Source: Obrimoposthia wandeli (taxonomy: Eukaryota). From it: a DNA stretch of 64,000 bases. Under the pieces are notes generated by a model. It did not search any database. It saw only the letters and a list, made by a program, of their open reading frames with translations, and was not told the origin of the DNA. A program made the position numbers and the translations under genes. Every line of letters begins with the position of its first letter. Position 1 is the stretch's first letter. Below, one piece after another: positions 21,098 to 31,359 of the stretch. Location: NCBI GenBank assembly GCA_977020255.1, contig CDROCS010004219.1, forward strand, positions 1-64,000, written 5' to 3'.

Positions 21098-21886
21098 CTA
21101 TTTAAACACTATGTCCCCATTTAGATAGTCTTTAACTAAGTTTTTGGATGTTAGCTTGGTTTGTATACTTTTTAAACTCTCTTTTATCAAGTTGGAAATT
21201 TCTTTTGCGTGTGGGTGCTTTTTTCTTATGACCACATCATAGGGGATCTCCAATATATTAAATTTAGCTTTAACAATTTTATTCGCATCTGCTAAATCTA
21301 TTTTTTGTAGTGTATCGTACCCAGAAAAATCTATTGCTGCGACATAGTCAGCCCTTTTCATTATTAGAAATTTAAATGAAGTTAATAATGACTGTAAAAC
21401 AGTGACTTCATTTCCCAAACGTTTAAGCTTTTCATTCACAGGGCTACCAGGAATCGAAGCTATAATCCCTAAATTGCTAGCAATATCTTTTTTATTAGCA
21501 ATGTCGCACTCCTTAGCAAAGCAAAACAATACTGACGTCAAGGTAGTGACTTGAATGGCAATGATATCGTTTTTTAAACTGGGAAGGTCTAATCTGCTTC
21601 CCAAGAATAGGTCGATCCTATCTCTTTTAATTTCCTCCATTGAGCGTTTAATAGGCAGTACTTTTATTTTAAGTGTGTATTTATCTGAAGAAATAAAAGC
21701 CCTTTTAATAATATCAAGACCAATTCCCCTCCTCCCCTGAGCATCTTCCTTGTCATACATAAGAGGTGGATAGGCAAACGTGCCTAAAACAATTTCTTTT
21801 TTACTCTGCTCTTGTGCAAGCGCTAAAGAGTGAAGACAAAGAGCACAGAGGATAATAATGAGCTGCTGAGAACTTAAATATGCCAT
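21098..21886 (-). CDS. Orphan family-3 substrate-binding protein
   Basis: Signal peptide, FAYPPL, LPIKRS, RADYV; no transporter genes adjacent. Confidence 0.8.
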   Translation of the reverse strand: MAYLSSQQLIIILCALCLHSLALAQEQSKKEIVLGTFAYPPLMYDKEDAQGRRGIGLDIIKRAFISSDKYTLKIKVLPIKRSMEEIKRDRIDLFLGSRLDLPSLKNDIIAIQVTTLTSVLFCFAKECDIANKKDIASNLGIIASIPGSPVNEKLKRLGNEVTVLQSLLTSFKFLIMKRADYVAAIDFSGYDTLQKIDLADANKIVKAKFNILEIPYDVVIRKKHPHAKEISNLIKESLKSIQTKLTSKNLVKDYLNGDIVFK

Positions 21887-22245
21887 TTATCAAAAACACC
21901 TCGTTAGATAGATTAGAATTACTAATGACATTAGTATAGCTACATTTTAAAGCGTTGGATTATACGCCAGTAAATTTAAGCATAAATCTGATATTGCAAA
22001 ATGGTGTTGCACTGTAATTATCTCGTTGAACAAGGACTAGAGTTAAATTAGCTATTACTTAACCAGGCGTTAAACTCTATTTAAAATGGGCCGGTTGTGA
22101 CAGTTGCCTTGGGCTTATGTGCTGTCTGTGCTATTAATCATCACCCACTCAATAATTTTCGATAGCCAGCATTCTTTTGAACTATTGATAACAATCAACA
22201 ATACCCTGCGATTGAGATCCACACGTGAGTAAAGGATAAAATATC

Positions 22246-22737
22246 ATGATAAAAATAAGAAAATTTAAAAAAGGTGATGAATTAGAGTTATGGCAACTCA
22301 AAGTAAATACCATTAAAAACGTCAATGTAAAAGACTATCCTAACGAGCAAATAAGAGCGTGGGCACCAGATAAATATAATGCAGCAAGATGGTTAGAACG
22401 CGCTCAAAGTATGAACCCCTTTATTGCTGAAATAGATGGGAAGATAGTGGGCTTTGCTGATATCCAAGATAACGGTTATATTGATCATTTTTTCTGTCAT
22501 CACGCGTATCAAGGCCAAGGTATTGGCAGAATATTAATGCAACATATAACGACCCAAAGTAAAGAGAAATTAATACCTCGCGTTTTTTCACATGTAAGTA
22601 TAACGGCTAGGCCTTTTTTTGAAAAACTTGGTTTTAAAGTAGTTCAACAGCAATTCATGCATATTGGAGATCAAGCATTAACCAATTATGTGATGGAGAA
22701 AATAATTAATAGCGCACACTCAAAGCAACTCTCTTAA
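22246..22737 (+). CDS. GNAT acetyltransferase (YafP-like)
   Basis: IRAWAP, GYIDHFFCHHAYQGQGIG, SITARPFFEKLGF. Confidence 0.92.
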   Translation: MIKIRKFKKGDELELWQLKVNTIKNVNVKDYPNEQIRAWAPDKYNAARWLERAQSMNPFIAEIDGKIVGFADIQDNGYIDHFFCHHAYQGQGIGRILMQHITTQSKEKLIPRVFSHVSITARPFFEKLGFKVVQQQFMHIGDQALTNYVMEKIINSAHSKQLS

Positions 22738-22822
22738 CCCTTCTCTATTTCATAAACTGCTGTGTGCAGAGCATTTAACACAGCGATCGATCACAATTAA
22801 TCACACAACATAACTGCTTGCA

Positions 22823-23614
22823 CTAACAACAGTTTTTGCGATATTCATCCGGTGTTGTATTAAGCAATCGCCTAAACATGACGATAAATGAAGATGCTGT
22901 ACTATAGCCCAAATCCAGCGCGACACTCTCGATACTAGTGCCCTCTTGCAACATGGGGATGGCGCGCATTACTTTTAGACGCTGGCGCCATTCGCTCAAG
23001 GCCATTCCTAAATCCCGCTGTGCTTTACGCGCTAAGGTTCGCTCTGATGCCCCTAACTGCTCTGCCAGCTCTTTAAGCGAGCAATTATCACTCGGGTTAT
23101 CTTTTAGGTACATAAGCGCCCTTATCAACAAAGGATCATTGGCGTCAGGAAGATAACTACCGGCACTGGGCGCAATCACCAGTTGATCTAGTATGACATC
23201 TAACAGCTTACTTTCTTGGATTGAATAAGGCAGCTGTGGTGGGGTGAGTCGCAAATGATTTAGCATTGCTCTGACCATTGGATTAATCATTAAGGCACAG
23301 GTCTTTGCTGGCATATTTCGTTGCATAGCCAAGTCTTGATCTATATACAATGAGCAATGATACGAAGCCTGACGGTTGCCACCATGATGCTCTGAGTTTG
23401 GCGGATGCCATAGCCCGAAACTCGGTGGTACACGAAACTCTTGCGCTTGTGCCTGCATTTCTAGCACCCCACTAAAAGAATAGACAAACTCGCCCCACTG
23501 ATGTTGATGAGGAGGATAGACGGTGTTTTCTGGCATGGAGCGCAATTGATAAAATATAGGCTGGGGTAACTTATCAAGCTTCAATGGTGTATGTGTAAAT
23601 AGCTTGTTTGACAT
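22823..23614 (-). CDS. AraC-family regulator (start moved from the ORF-track 23722 to ATG 23614)
   Basis: PHQHQWGEFVYS, VPPSFGLW, ERTLAR..WRQRL, GYSTASSFI; the moved start removes overlap with the divergent gene. Confidence 0.9.
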   Translation of the reverse strand: MSNKLFTHTPLKLDKLPQPIFYQLRSMPENTVYPPHQHQWGEFVYSFSGVLEMQAQAQEFRVPPSFGLWHPPNSEHHGGNRQASYHCSLYIDQDLAMQRNMPAKTCALMINPMVRAMLNHLRLTPPQLPYSIQESKLLDVILDQLVIAPSAGSYLPDANDPLLIRALMYLKDNPSDNCSLKELAEQLGASERTLARKAQRDLGMALSEWRQRLKVMRAIPMLQEGTSIESVALDLGYSTASSFIVMFRRLLNTTPDEYRKNCC

Positions 23615-23746
23615 AATCTGGCTGATCCTCACTATGCATTGTCTTATTTTAACTATATCTACTATTTTAGACAAATTATAATCATGCAGCATATCCATGT
23701 TAAGCGGTATGTAGATGCGCATATTAATTTAATTGAGAGTAGTGTT

Positions 23747-24718
23747 ATGGATTCACGTAAAGATATTGATTGTTTAGCGATTGGCCTGGTAACGCTTACC
23801 TGCTTAATCTGGGGGATACAACAAGTTTTTATAAAATCAGTGGCCACTGATATGTCCCCTATTTTACAAATCGCGTTAAGATCAGGTATTGCTGCACTAC
23901 TACTGGCTATTATCATGATTATGCGCCGGGATAAATTATTCAGCCATGACACATACAAACCGGGCTTACTGGCGGGGATATTATTTTCGCTAGAATTCTT
24001 TTTTGTAGGAGAAGGCCTTAGATACACGACAGCATCACATATGGTGGTGTTTCTATACAGTACGCCGATATTCGTGGCTTTAATTTTACATTTTAGAATT
24101 GCTTCAGAGCGCCTCAAGCTATTACAGTGGATAGGTATAATCACCGCTTTTTTAGGGATTGCTCTGATCTTCCTCTGGCAAGACCCTCAAGCAAGCACCA
24201 CAACTGCAGTTAATATGCTGCTTGGCGATATCTTTGCCTTACTAGCAGCTATCTGCTGGGCATTAACCACGGTATTAATTCGCAGCTCTAACCTTGCAAG
24301 CGCACCTGCAACTCAAACACTGCTCTATCAATTACTGGTTTGTTTTGTGTCTGTTCTATTGGCTGCAATCGCCTTGGGCCAAACCGAGTACACTCTGACA
24401 ACCGCTGTATTAAGCAACTTGGCATTTCAGGGCGTTGTTGTATCTTTTGCAAGTCTGCTAATGTGGTTCTGGTTATTACGTCGATACAGTGCATCACAAA
24501 TTGGGGTTTATACCTTTATGACACCGATTTTTGGTGTGCTATTTAGTATCTGGCTTTTAGATGAGCCACTTGAAGAGGGCTTTATTTTCGGCGCAATAAT
24601 GGCGATGATAGGCATCTTTATTGTGAGTAGCCATAACAAAATACACACGCGTCTCAAAATATTTAAAGGTGAAGTTAAAGGTAAAAAAGTTAATAATAAT
24701 GAATTAGACACCGCTTAA
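23747..24718 (+). CDS. EamA/DMT transporter (start moved to ATG 23747)
   Basis: IWGIQQVFIK, LRSGIA, GLRYTTAS, FMTPIFGV; about 10 TM segments. Confidence 0.9.
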   Translation: MDSRKDIDCLAIGLVTLTCLIWGIQQVFIKSVATDMSPILQIALRSGIAALLLAIIMIMRRDKLFSHDTYKPGLLAGILFSLEFFFVGEGLRYTTASHMVVFLYSTPIFVALILHFRIASERLKLLQWIGIITAFLGIALIFLWQDPQASTTTAVNMLLGDIFALLAAICWALTTVLIRSSNLASAPATQTLLYQLLVCFVSVLLAAIALGQTEYTLTTAVLSNLAFQGVVVSFASLLMWFWLLRRYSASQIGVYTFMTPIFGVLFSIWLLDEPLEEGFIFGAIMAMIGIFIVSSHNKIHTRLKIFKGEVKGKKVNNNELDTA

Positions 24719-24847
24719 GTTTAAAGGATATATCCTGTAAGGTTTGATTACAGATAGAGAAAACAAATAACAACCAAAAACGGCTAAGCTAGCACTACAC
24801 TCTCAAGCGTTAAGTACGTTCAACCTTAATTTTTATTTGGAGTATTT

Positions 24848-25474
24848 ATGAGTATCGAAATATGGATCACATTTGTCGCAGCATCAATCGTATTGTTGAG
24901 CATACCCGGGCCCACTATTCTTACAGTGATAAGTTATTCGATGTCTCACGGATATAAAGCGAAAATCCCTTTAATATTGGCAGTAGCACTTGGCGACACG
25001 ACAGCACTCGCCCTTTCATTGTTTGGTTTGGGCGTGCTCTTGGCCGAATCCGCTTTTTGGTTTCAAGCTGTAAAGTGGGCGGGAGGACTTTATTTAATAT
25101 TCTTAGGGATAAAGTTATTTATGGCGGGCGTTAAGCCATCTACTATTCATAAAAATGAAGATAACACATCTCACTGGAAGCTATTTTTTAATACCTATTT
25201 AGTGACGGCATTAAACCCTAAAGGGATTATTTTCTTTGTTGCCTTTTTGCCGCAATTTATCAATACAAGTGCACAAGTTACCAGCCAGCTTTGGATACTG
25301 GCAATCACATTTGTGATCTTAGCTTCTCTAAATGCAACCCTTTACGCCCTGTTTGCCGGTAAAGCTAAGCAGCTTTTATCCTCACAAAAGATCCAACGCA
25401 TATTTAATCTGTGTGGTGGATCGCTACTCACTACTGCAGGATTATGGGCACTGTCTGCAAAACAAAGCCAGTAA
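24848..25474 (+). CDS. LysE/RhtB-family exporter
   Basis: IPGPT, LGD, KWAGGLYL, ALNPKGIIFFVAFLPQFI. Confidence 0.93.
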   Translation: MSIEIWITFVAASIVLLSIPGPTILTVISYSMSHGYKAKIPLILAVALGDTTALALSLFGLGVLLAESAFWFQAVKWAGGLYLIFLGIKLFMAGVKPSTIHKNEDNTSHWKLFFNTYLVTALNPKGIIFFVAFLPQFINTSAQVTSQLWILAITFVILASLNATLYALFAGKAKQLLSSQKIQRIFNLCGGSLLTTAGLWALSAKQSQ

Positions 25475-25507
25475 GAGAAACTAACTAGGGACAACTGCAG
25501 TAGATAA

Positions 25508-25532
25508 CTGTTTCTGGATGGGTACTAACTAA
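25508..25532 (+). repeat. 25-bp dispersed repeat, copy A
   Basis: CTGTTTCTGGATGGGTACTAACTAA; see 10895-10919. Confidence 0.7.
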
Positions 25533-25535
25533 AAC

Positions 25536-25566
25536 AGCGGGTATCATTTAGTGATGATAGCCCGCT
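25536..25566. terminator. Hairpin between convergent genes
   Basis: AGCGGGTATCAT-N6-ATGATA(G)CCCGCT. Confidence 0.5.
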
Positions 25567-25656
25567 AATTGTAGCTCGCAAGTGTGGGTGTTAATTCTTA
25601 TACGTAGCAATCAAAATAGCTCTTGAGCGATAACAGCCTTTAAATTTAAATACAGT

Positions 25657-28077
25657 TTACGACCTCACACAGTTATTTTCTGGATCAAATATCGAATCGC
25701 TCACCACCCTTGCAGGATAAGGCTTGCCTATTATATCCACCTCAATATGGTCTCCCTCGTTGGCGTATACAGGATCGATAAAGGCCATCACAATATTTTT
25801 ATTCACTCGATAGCCAAAACCTGCAGAGGTAACACTGCCTATCACTTTGCCATCACCATAAATTGAATCGCCCGCATGGGCGCAGGCAGTGTTGCACTCT
25901 ACAATAATAGTCACAAATTTCTTACGAGCAGGTAGCCCCACCTTAGCGACGAGTGCCTCTTTACCGGGGAAGTTGCTTTTATCCATATTGATAAAACGTT
26001 GTAATCCGCTCTCGTAAGGGTCAAATTCAGTGATCAAATCGGCCTTCCAATGTCGATAGCTCTTTTCAAGACGCATTGATTCCGTTGCTAATAAGCCAAA
26101 AGGAGTTAAGCCAAACTCAGCACCTGCATCTGTTAGTAGCGTATGCACAAGCAATAGTTGTTCATTAGGTATATGTAACTCCCAGCCTAGCTCACCACTA
26201 AAACTGACTCGCATCGCTAGCGCTTGAGCATGGCCAATAAATACTGATTTAGCACTTAGCCATGTAAAGGCTGCATTTGACCAATCGGTTCGTGGAGCAA
26301 GCTTGGCCAATAAATCACGTGATTTAGGGCCCGAAACGACTAATATGGTATGCGAATTGGTCATTGGAATAATTTCGACTCCTTGTGCGGGTAATCTTGA
26401 TCTGAGCCAATCCATATCGTGATCTTCACTGGCAGCAGCAGAGCCATACCAAAAGCGATCATCTGACAATTTAGCAAGTGTTGCTTCACCTGCCACATTG
26501 CCTTTATCTGTAAGGAAATAGCACAAACCTACTCGGCCAAGCTTTTTAGGCACATTAGAGCACATCAAGCTATCTAACCACTGTGCCGCATTTGGCCCTT
26601 TAATCTCATAGCGATTAAACCCGCTCACTTCCATTAACCCTACGTTCTCGGTTAATCCTTGTATTTCCTTGGCAACAATTTTGTCCGTTTCAGTAAAGCG
26701 AAAGCTATGCTTAAACTCAAAATCAGCAGTGGGTTTAAAGAACAGCGCTCGCTCCCAGCCATTAACCACGCCAAACTCTGCATTTTGTGATTTAAGAATA
26801 CTATAAATTGGCGTTGTTTTAGCTAAGCGACCCGCTTCTCGAAACTCGTGAGGCATATGAAAACGGAATTCGTTTTGGTAATCTTCTACGGCTTTTAGTG
26901 CCGTATACTCAGTGTTAGCGTGACGCGTAAATCGTGCGGGATCAAGGCACCAAGTATCCCATTCTGACTCGCCGTGAACGATTATCTCTGCAAGGATTTT
27001 ACCGTGCCCACCGCCTTCACCTAAGCCTGCTCTAAGACCTATGATGGAATAAACATTATCCAAACCCGGAGTTTTCCCCACCAGCGGGTTACCATCTGCT
27101 GAGTAAGTAATAGGGCCATTAATAATGCTGCGAATCCCGGTTCGCTCTAAGCAAGGCATGCGCTTAAAAACACGCTCCATATTATCCAAACAGCGGTCTA
27201 GGTCATCGGGGCACAGCGCATTGACAAAGTTTGGATCAATCCCATCCATACCCCATGTTTTACAGCGCTGCTCATAAATGCCTACCAGCAAACCGTTTTT
27301 TTCCTGGCGGCTATAAAAGTCATCTAATGGATCACGCAACAAAGGTACCCGCCAATCCAGTGCTTCTAATTCTGGCAAGGTTTCTGTTAAAAAATACATA
27401 TGCTCCATAGAAATAACAGGATATTGGACACCCAGCATTGCACCGACTTCATTGACCCGATAACCGCCTGCATTAACTACTTTTTCACAGGTAATATCAC
27501 CGTTTTTGGTCTGTACTACCCATTCGCCACTGGGCTTTTGGTATATATTCTCAACCGGATTATGTCGATATATTTCAGCGCCGGCTTTGCGCGCACCACG
27601 CGCTAACGCTTGAGTCAGCTGAGCTGGATCAATATCTCCATCTAAAGGGTCCCAGAGGCCACCCAATAAATCATGGGTTTCAATTAAAGGGTGTCGCTTT
27701 GCACATTCAGCAGCGTCAATCATTTCAAAATCAACGCCCATGCCTTTAGCCATCGAGATAAAATGCTGATAGCCATCCAGATGGTTTTGGGTTGATGCAA
27801 GCCTTATCCCACCCGATGCATGATGATAATTGATAGGGTGTTCAGGATCTTCTGACAACTCTTTGTATAGCTTTATGCTATGGCTTTTAAGCCCGATCAT
27901 TGTTTGCACTGGGCCAAAATTAGTCACTTGTGCAGCGGAGTGCCAAGTGGTTCCTGACGTTAATTCATCACGCTCCACCAGCACTACATCTGTCCAACCT
28001 TCACGCGTTAAATGATAAAGCGCACTACACCCTGCAATACCCCCACCGATAATAACGACCCTACAATGCGACTTCAT
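25657..28077 (-). CDS. Dimethylglycine/sarcosine dehydrogenase-like FAD oxidoreductase with GcvT domain
   Basis: IIGGGIAG, LTSGTTWHSAA, INGPITYSADG, GGGHG, VSFSGELGWELH, SMRLEK, GSVTS. Confidence 0.92.
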   Translation of the reverse strand: MKSHCRVVIIGGGIAGCSALYHLTREGWTDVVLVERDELTSGTTWHSAAQVTNFGPVQTMIGLKSHSIKLYKELSEDPEHPINYHHASGGIRLASTQNHLDGYQHFISMAKGMGVDFEMIDAAECAKRHPLIETHDLLGGLWDPLDGDIDPAQLTQALARGARKAGAEIYRHNPVENIYQKPSGEWVVQTKNGDITCEKVVNAGGYRVNEVGAMLGVQYPVISMEHMYFLTETLPELEALDWRVPLLRDPLDDFYSRQEKNGLLVGIYEQRCKTWGMDGIDPNFVNALCPDDLDRCLDNMERVFKRMPCLERTGIRSIINGPITYSADGNPLVGKTPGLDNVYSIIGLRAGLGEGGGHGKILAEIIVHGESEWDTWCLDPARFTRHANTEYTALKAVEDYQNEFRFHMPHEFREAGRLAKTTPIYSILKSQNAEFGVVNGWERALFFKPTADFEFKHSFRFTETDKIVAKEIQGLTENVGLMEVSGFNRYEIKGPNAAQWLDSLMCSNVPKKLGRVGLCYFLTDKGNVAGEATLAKLSDDRFWYGSAAASEDHDMDWLRSRLPAQGVEIIPMTNSHTILVVSGPKSRDLLAKLAPRTDWSNAAFTWLSAKSVFIGHAQALAMRVSFSGELGWELHIPNEQLLLVHTLLTDAGAEFGLTPFGLLATESMRLEKSYRHWKADLITEFDPYESGLQRFINMDKSNFPGKEALVAKVGLPARKKFVTIIVECNTACAHAGDSIYGDGKVIGSVTSAGFGYRVNKNIVMAFIDPVYANEGDHIEVDIIGKPYPARVVSDSIFDPENNCVRS

Positions 28078-28099
28078 GCTTGTTCATCCTATTTGGCAC

Positions 28100-28119
28100 A
28101 AATGGAAGCGCTTCCATTT
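28100..28119. promoter_or_regulatory. LacI-family operator O1
   Basis: Perfect 20-bp palindrome AAATGGAAGCGCTTCCATTT with central CG. Confidence 0.85.
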
Positions 28120-28226
28120 TTATGTTAAAAAATATCTGAATTTACAGATTTCAAGTTCAGTACTTCATTATGAATAGCTCAAGATAATAGTGTGTATAGA
28201 GGTGATTAATGATAACTAAAACACAA

Positions 28227-28244
28227 AATGAAAGCGCTTTCATT
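28227..28244. promoter_or_regulatory. LacI-family operator O2
   Basis: Perfect 18-bp palindrome AATGAAAGCGCTTTCATT. Confidence 0.85.
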
Positions 28245-28377
28245 GTTGTAATTTACACTCATTACTTAATCAAGGTCAATGTTTTTTTGCGTTGCACTAT
28301 GGGCTTCAATCAATATAAATTAGGCACAATCAAAAAAAATAGAGAAAAATTGATCACTGCTGGCAGCTAAAAACTGT

Positions 28378-28543
28378 TAGCCCGGATACTGCATGTAATG
28401 TCGTGATGATAGCGCCGCTAATTGTTTTTACAGGTTTTTTTCGATTGAGCGCCGTACGGGTGCGCCCGGTTGATTGAGAAAAAAAGTCAGTAAAAACAAG
28501 GGGCAAGCTAGGGCACGAGCAATTGGGTGCAATATTCGGGCTA
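28378..28543 (-). mobile_element. MITE family 1, copy 1 (166 bp)
   Basis: Ends TAGCCCGGATACTGCA...TGCAATATTCGGGCTA, TA at both ends; reverse complement of copies 2 and 3 with two 1-nt deletions. Confidence 0.85.
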
Positions 28544-28694
28544 GGTTTGTAGAATTCAAGACACTGCTCAGCCGTTGATACTCTTATTCCACATACAGCC
28601 TAATCATCAAAATTGCTATTTATTTGAAATTATTGCCTCCCTTGTTTATCTGTGGTTTGATAGCCGCTGAAAACAGGATGATTTTTGAGAAAAC

Positions 28695-29726
28695 ATGAAA
28701 ACCCACGCTACCCCAACAGATAACCCCACCATGGAAAACGTTGCGCATAAAGCAGGCGTTGCCCCGGTCACTGTCTCACGCTATTTAAACAATCCAGATA
28801 TGGTTAGCGAGCGCAGTAAGCTAAAAATCTCTACGGCAATAAAACAGCTAAACTATGTCCCGCATGCTGCTGCAAGAACTCTCGCCTCAAAGCGATCACG
28901 CATGATAGGTGCAATTGTCCCCTCTTTGGATAGCAACCTATTTGGACGAGCACTTGAGGTATTTCAAAACACTATTTCAGCATCGGGTTACAATTTGATT
29001 TTGGCTTCGTGCAACTACGACAGTGAAAAAGAGCGTGAATACGTACATCAAATGGTCTCCCATGGGGTAGATGCTTTACTGATGGTAGGTCATTCTCGTG
29101 ATGATGATATTTACCGTTTATTGCAAACTAAAAAAATACCTTATGTATTAACTTGGGCTGCAGACTCTCACCAGCAGCATCCCTTTGTTGGCTTTAATAA
29201 TCAGAAAGCCGCCGGCAGTATCGCTGACTATTTAATGGATCTTGGACATCGTAAAATAGCCATGATATCTGGCTTGATAGAAAATAATGATAGAGCACGT
29301 AACCGCTTACTAGGGGTACGTGATGCGCTTGCTCGGCGCGGGCTGAAGCTAGCGGATGAGCATCTGATTGAAAAACCCTTTGGCGTGGATCAAGGGCGAG
29401 AAGCGTTTCGCGAATTAATGTCAAGCCAGCAACAGCCAACCGCCATTATATGTGGCTCAGAGCCGTTTGCTTACGGGGCTATTTTTGAAAGCAAAGCACT
29501 CAATATAGAGATACCTGGCGAAGTATCAGTTACCGGATTTGATGATATGTGGCTAGCATCTAACATAACCCCTGCCTTAACCACAATAAGAACACCTCAA
29601 CAACAAATAGGTATACTAGCTGCTAATTATTTAATTTCCCAACTCAACAAAGACGATGTGCCAATACCTGAATTGCTAGAAACAAAAATCATCGTACGTG
29701 ACTCTTGCGCGCCCCCTAATATTTAA
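28695..29726 (+). CDS. LacI-family regulator
   Basis: MENVAHKAGVAPVTVSRYLN HTH, NYVP..AARTLA hinge, SVTGFDD, PALTTI. Confidence 0.95.
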   Translation: MKTHATPTDNPTMENVAHKAGVAPVTVSRYLNNPDMVSERSKLKISTAIKQLNYVPHAAARTLASKRSRMIGAIVPSLDSNLFGRALEVFQNTISASGYNLILASCNYDSEKEREYVHQMVSHGVDALLMVGHSRDDDIYRLLQTKKIPYVLTWAADSHQQHPFVGFNNQKAAGSIADYLMDLGHRKIAMISGLIENNDRARNRLLGVRDALARRGLKLADEHLIEKPFGVDQGREAFRELMSSQQQPTAIICGSEPFAYGAIFESKALNIEIPGEVSVTGFDDMWLASNITPALTTIRTPQQQIGILAANYLISQLNKDDVPIPELLETKIIVRDSCAPPNI

Positions 29727-29968
29727 ACGTGAACTCAATAAGTGAATAGCTTTGTAGTGGTCAAGGCTATACAGCAATACTCGCAATACTTCTCAGTATG
29801 TTCCTTATATTTGAATGTATAGAATATTATGTTTAAATAATGATTGTGCTAAGCAATCATTATTTATAAAACTTATGTTCAGCTCCTTAATCTAAACTGA
29901 AATCAACCTCAATATTTCAATCCTAAAAAAATCATTTTGCACCATAAAGGTATAAATAAGGTTTATAT

Positions 29969-30709
29969 ATGTACGATCCAATACAAGATGGTATAGCTAA
30001 AACAACAACGGCAGTAAGCTACATTGAGGCAAAACCACCAAGTAGCCTTGATGGATTAGTACATAATTTCTGGGAGCTAAAAACAGATACGCTGTTAACC
30101 CATGACTTTTGCTTGCATGCTTTGCCAGATGCCTGTGTGAATATTCTATTTAATCAAAAAGACACCGCTATAGCAGGTATTACTGCACTACGTACTACCT
30201 ATGAAGAACTTAACTTGGGCAGGGATTTTCATTATGTGGGTATACAACTGTTCCCAGGCGTGTGGCAAGGTAATAATAAAGAGACCAGCGACCGCTTTGT
30301 AGGAACCCCATATCTAGGCGAATTGCCGCTAGTTGAAATAAGTGAGCAGTTGAGTAATGTAGACTTTATAGATAAACAATCGGTTCTATCCGGCTTAGTA
30401 AAGCAACTAATTGATAGTAAAAAAATCATCCAAAATCCACTCACTATTAAAATACTTGCAAATCTAGATTCTATTCATAATGTCACTGATATGGCTGCTA
30501 TTACACATCTATCATCGCGCCAACTACAGCGCACTCTCAAAAAATCGACTGGTTTTTCCCCGCATGATTTTCTAAAAGTATTGCGCTTACAGCAATCATT
30601 TAAGCAGCACTATTTAGATTCTTATACCGACCAATCACATTTTATTCACTCATTCCGCAAAATCACCGGATACACTCCCGCGCAGTACTACCGCCTATTT
30701 GATGTCTGA
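29969..30709 (+). CDS. AraC-family regulator, short type
   Basis: VHNFWEL, LPDACVNI, SSRQLQRTLKKSTGFSP, YTDQSHFIHSF. Confidence 0.9.
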   Translation: MYDPIQDGIAKTTTAVSYIEAKPPSSLDGLVHNFWELKTDTLLTHDFCLHALPDACVNILFNQKDTAIAGITALRTTYEELNLGRDFHYVGIQLFPGVWQGNNKETSDRFVGTPYLGELPLVEISEQLSNVDFIDKQSVLSGLVKQLIDSKKIIQNPLTIKILANLDSIHNVTDMAAITHLSSRQLQRTLKKSTGFSPHDFLKVLRLQQSFKQHYLDSYTDQSHFIHSFRKITGYTPAQYYRLFDV

Positions 30710-30933
30710 TTTATACAATACTAAAGAAACCAAATTGCTTAGTATCACCATAGATTAGGTAGTTGGACATCACTATAAGCAAGAAAACCTGTTGTGATGC
30801 CGCGCATTAACCTAGCAAGTTTTGCTCAACAAAAGCACCATAGCTAAATAAGAGCAATGACTTGTTTCGTAGATAAATGGCCAACTGCCAACCTAGCATT
30901 ACTATGGCCTAAACATACATAAGGAATAAGCTC

Positions 30934-31314
30934 ATGAAACAAAATGCAATTGGATGGTTTGATATCTTTGTAAGTGATATGGATAGAGCAGCTACTTTTT
31001 ATCAAGCTGTTTTTAATCAACAGTTAGAAAACATAGCGGACCCTACAGACAGCAATGCTGTAATGAAAGGTTTTCCTACCGATATGATGACATATGGAGC
31101 AGGAGGCGCACTGGTAAAAAGAGAGGGAGCAAACCCAGGGCCAGGCGGTACATTGATATACTTCGCTGTAGAGGATTGTGCTATTGAGCAGTCACGTGTA
31201 ATTGACGCTGGCGGCAGCGTCCTTAAACCTAAAATGTCTATCGGGGAGTTCGGCTGTGTCAGCATATGCATGGATACAGAAGGCAATATGTTTGGTCTTA
31301 GCTCGATGAAATAG
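30934..31314 (+). CDS. VOC/glyoxalase-family protein
   Basis: GWFDIFVSDMDRAATFYQAVF, GTLIYF, KMSIGEFG, DTEGNMFGL. Confidence 0.93.
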   Translation: MKQNAIGWFDIFVSDMDRAATFYQAVFNQQLENIADPTDSNAVMKGFPTDMMTYGAGGALVKREGANPGPGGTLIYFAVEDCAIEQSRVIDAGGSVLKPKMSIGEFGCVSICMDTEGNMFGLSSMK

Positions 31315-31335
31315 TCATCCTACAAACCTACAGCA

Positions 31336-31359
31336 AGGGGACCAAAATTACTGTCCCCT
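31336..31359 (+). terminator. Intrinsic terminator after the VOC gene
   Basis: AGGGGAC-N10-GTCCCCT followed by ATCTTTT. Confidence 0.55.

Noticed and set aside
22055-22080. CTTAACCAGGCGTTAAAC resembling an attC right end upstream of a GNAT gene
   Set aside because: No matching left arm.
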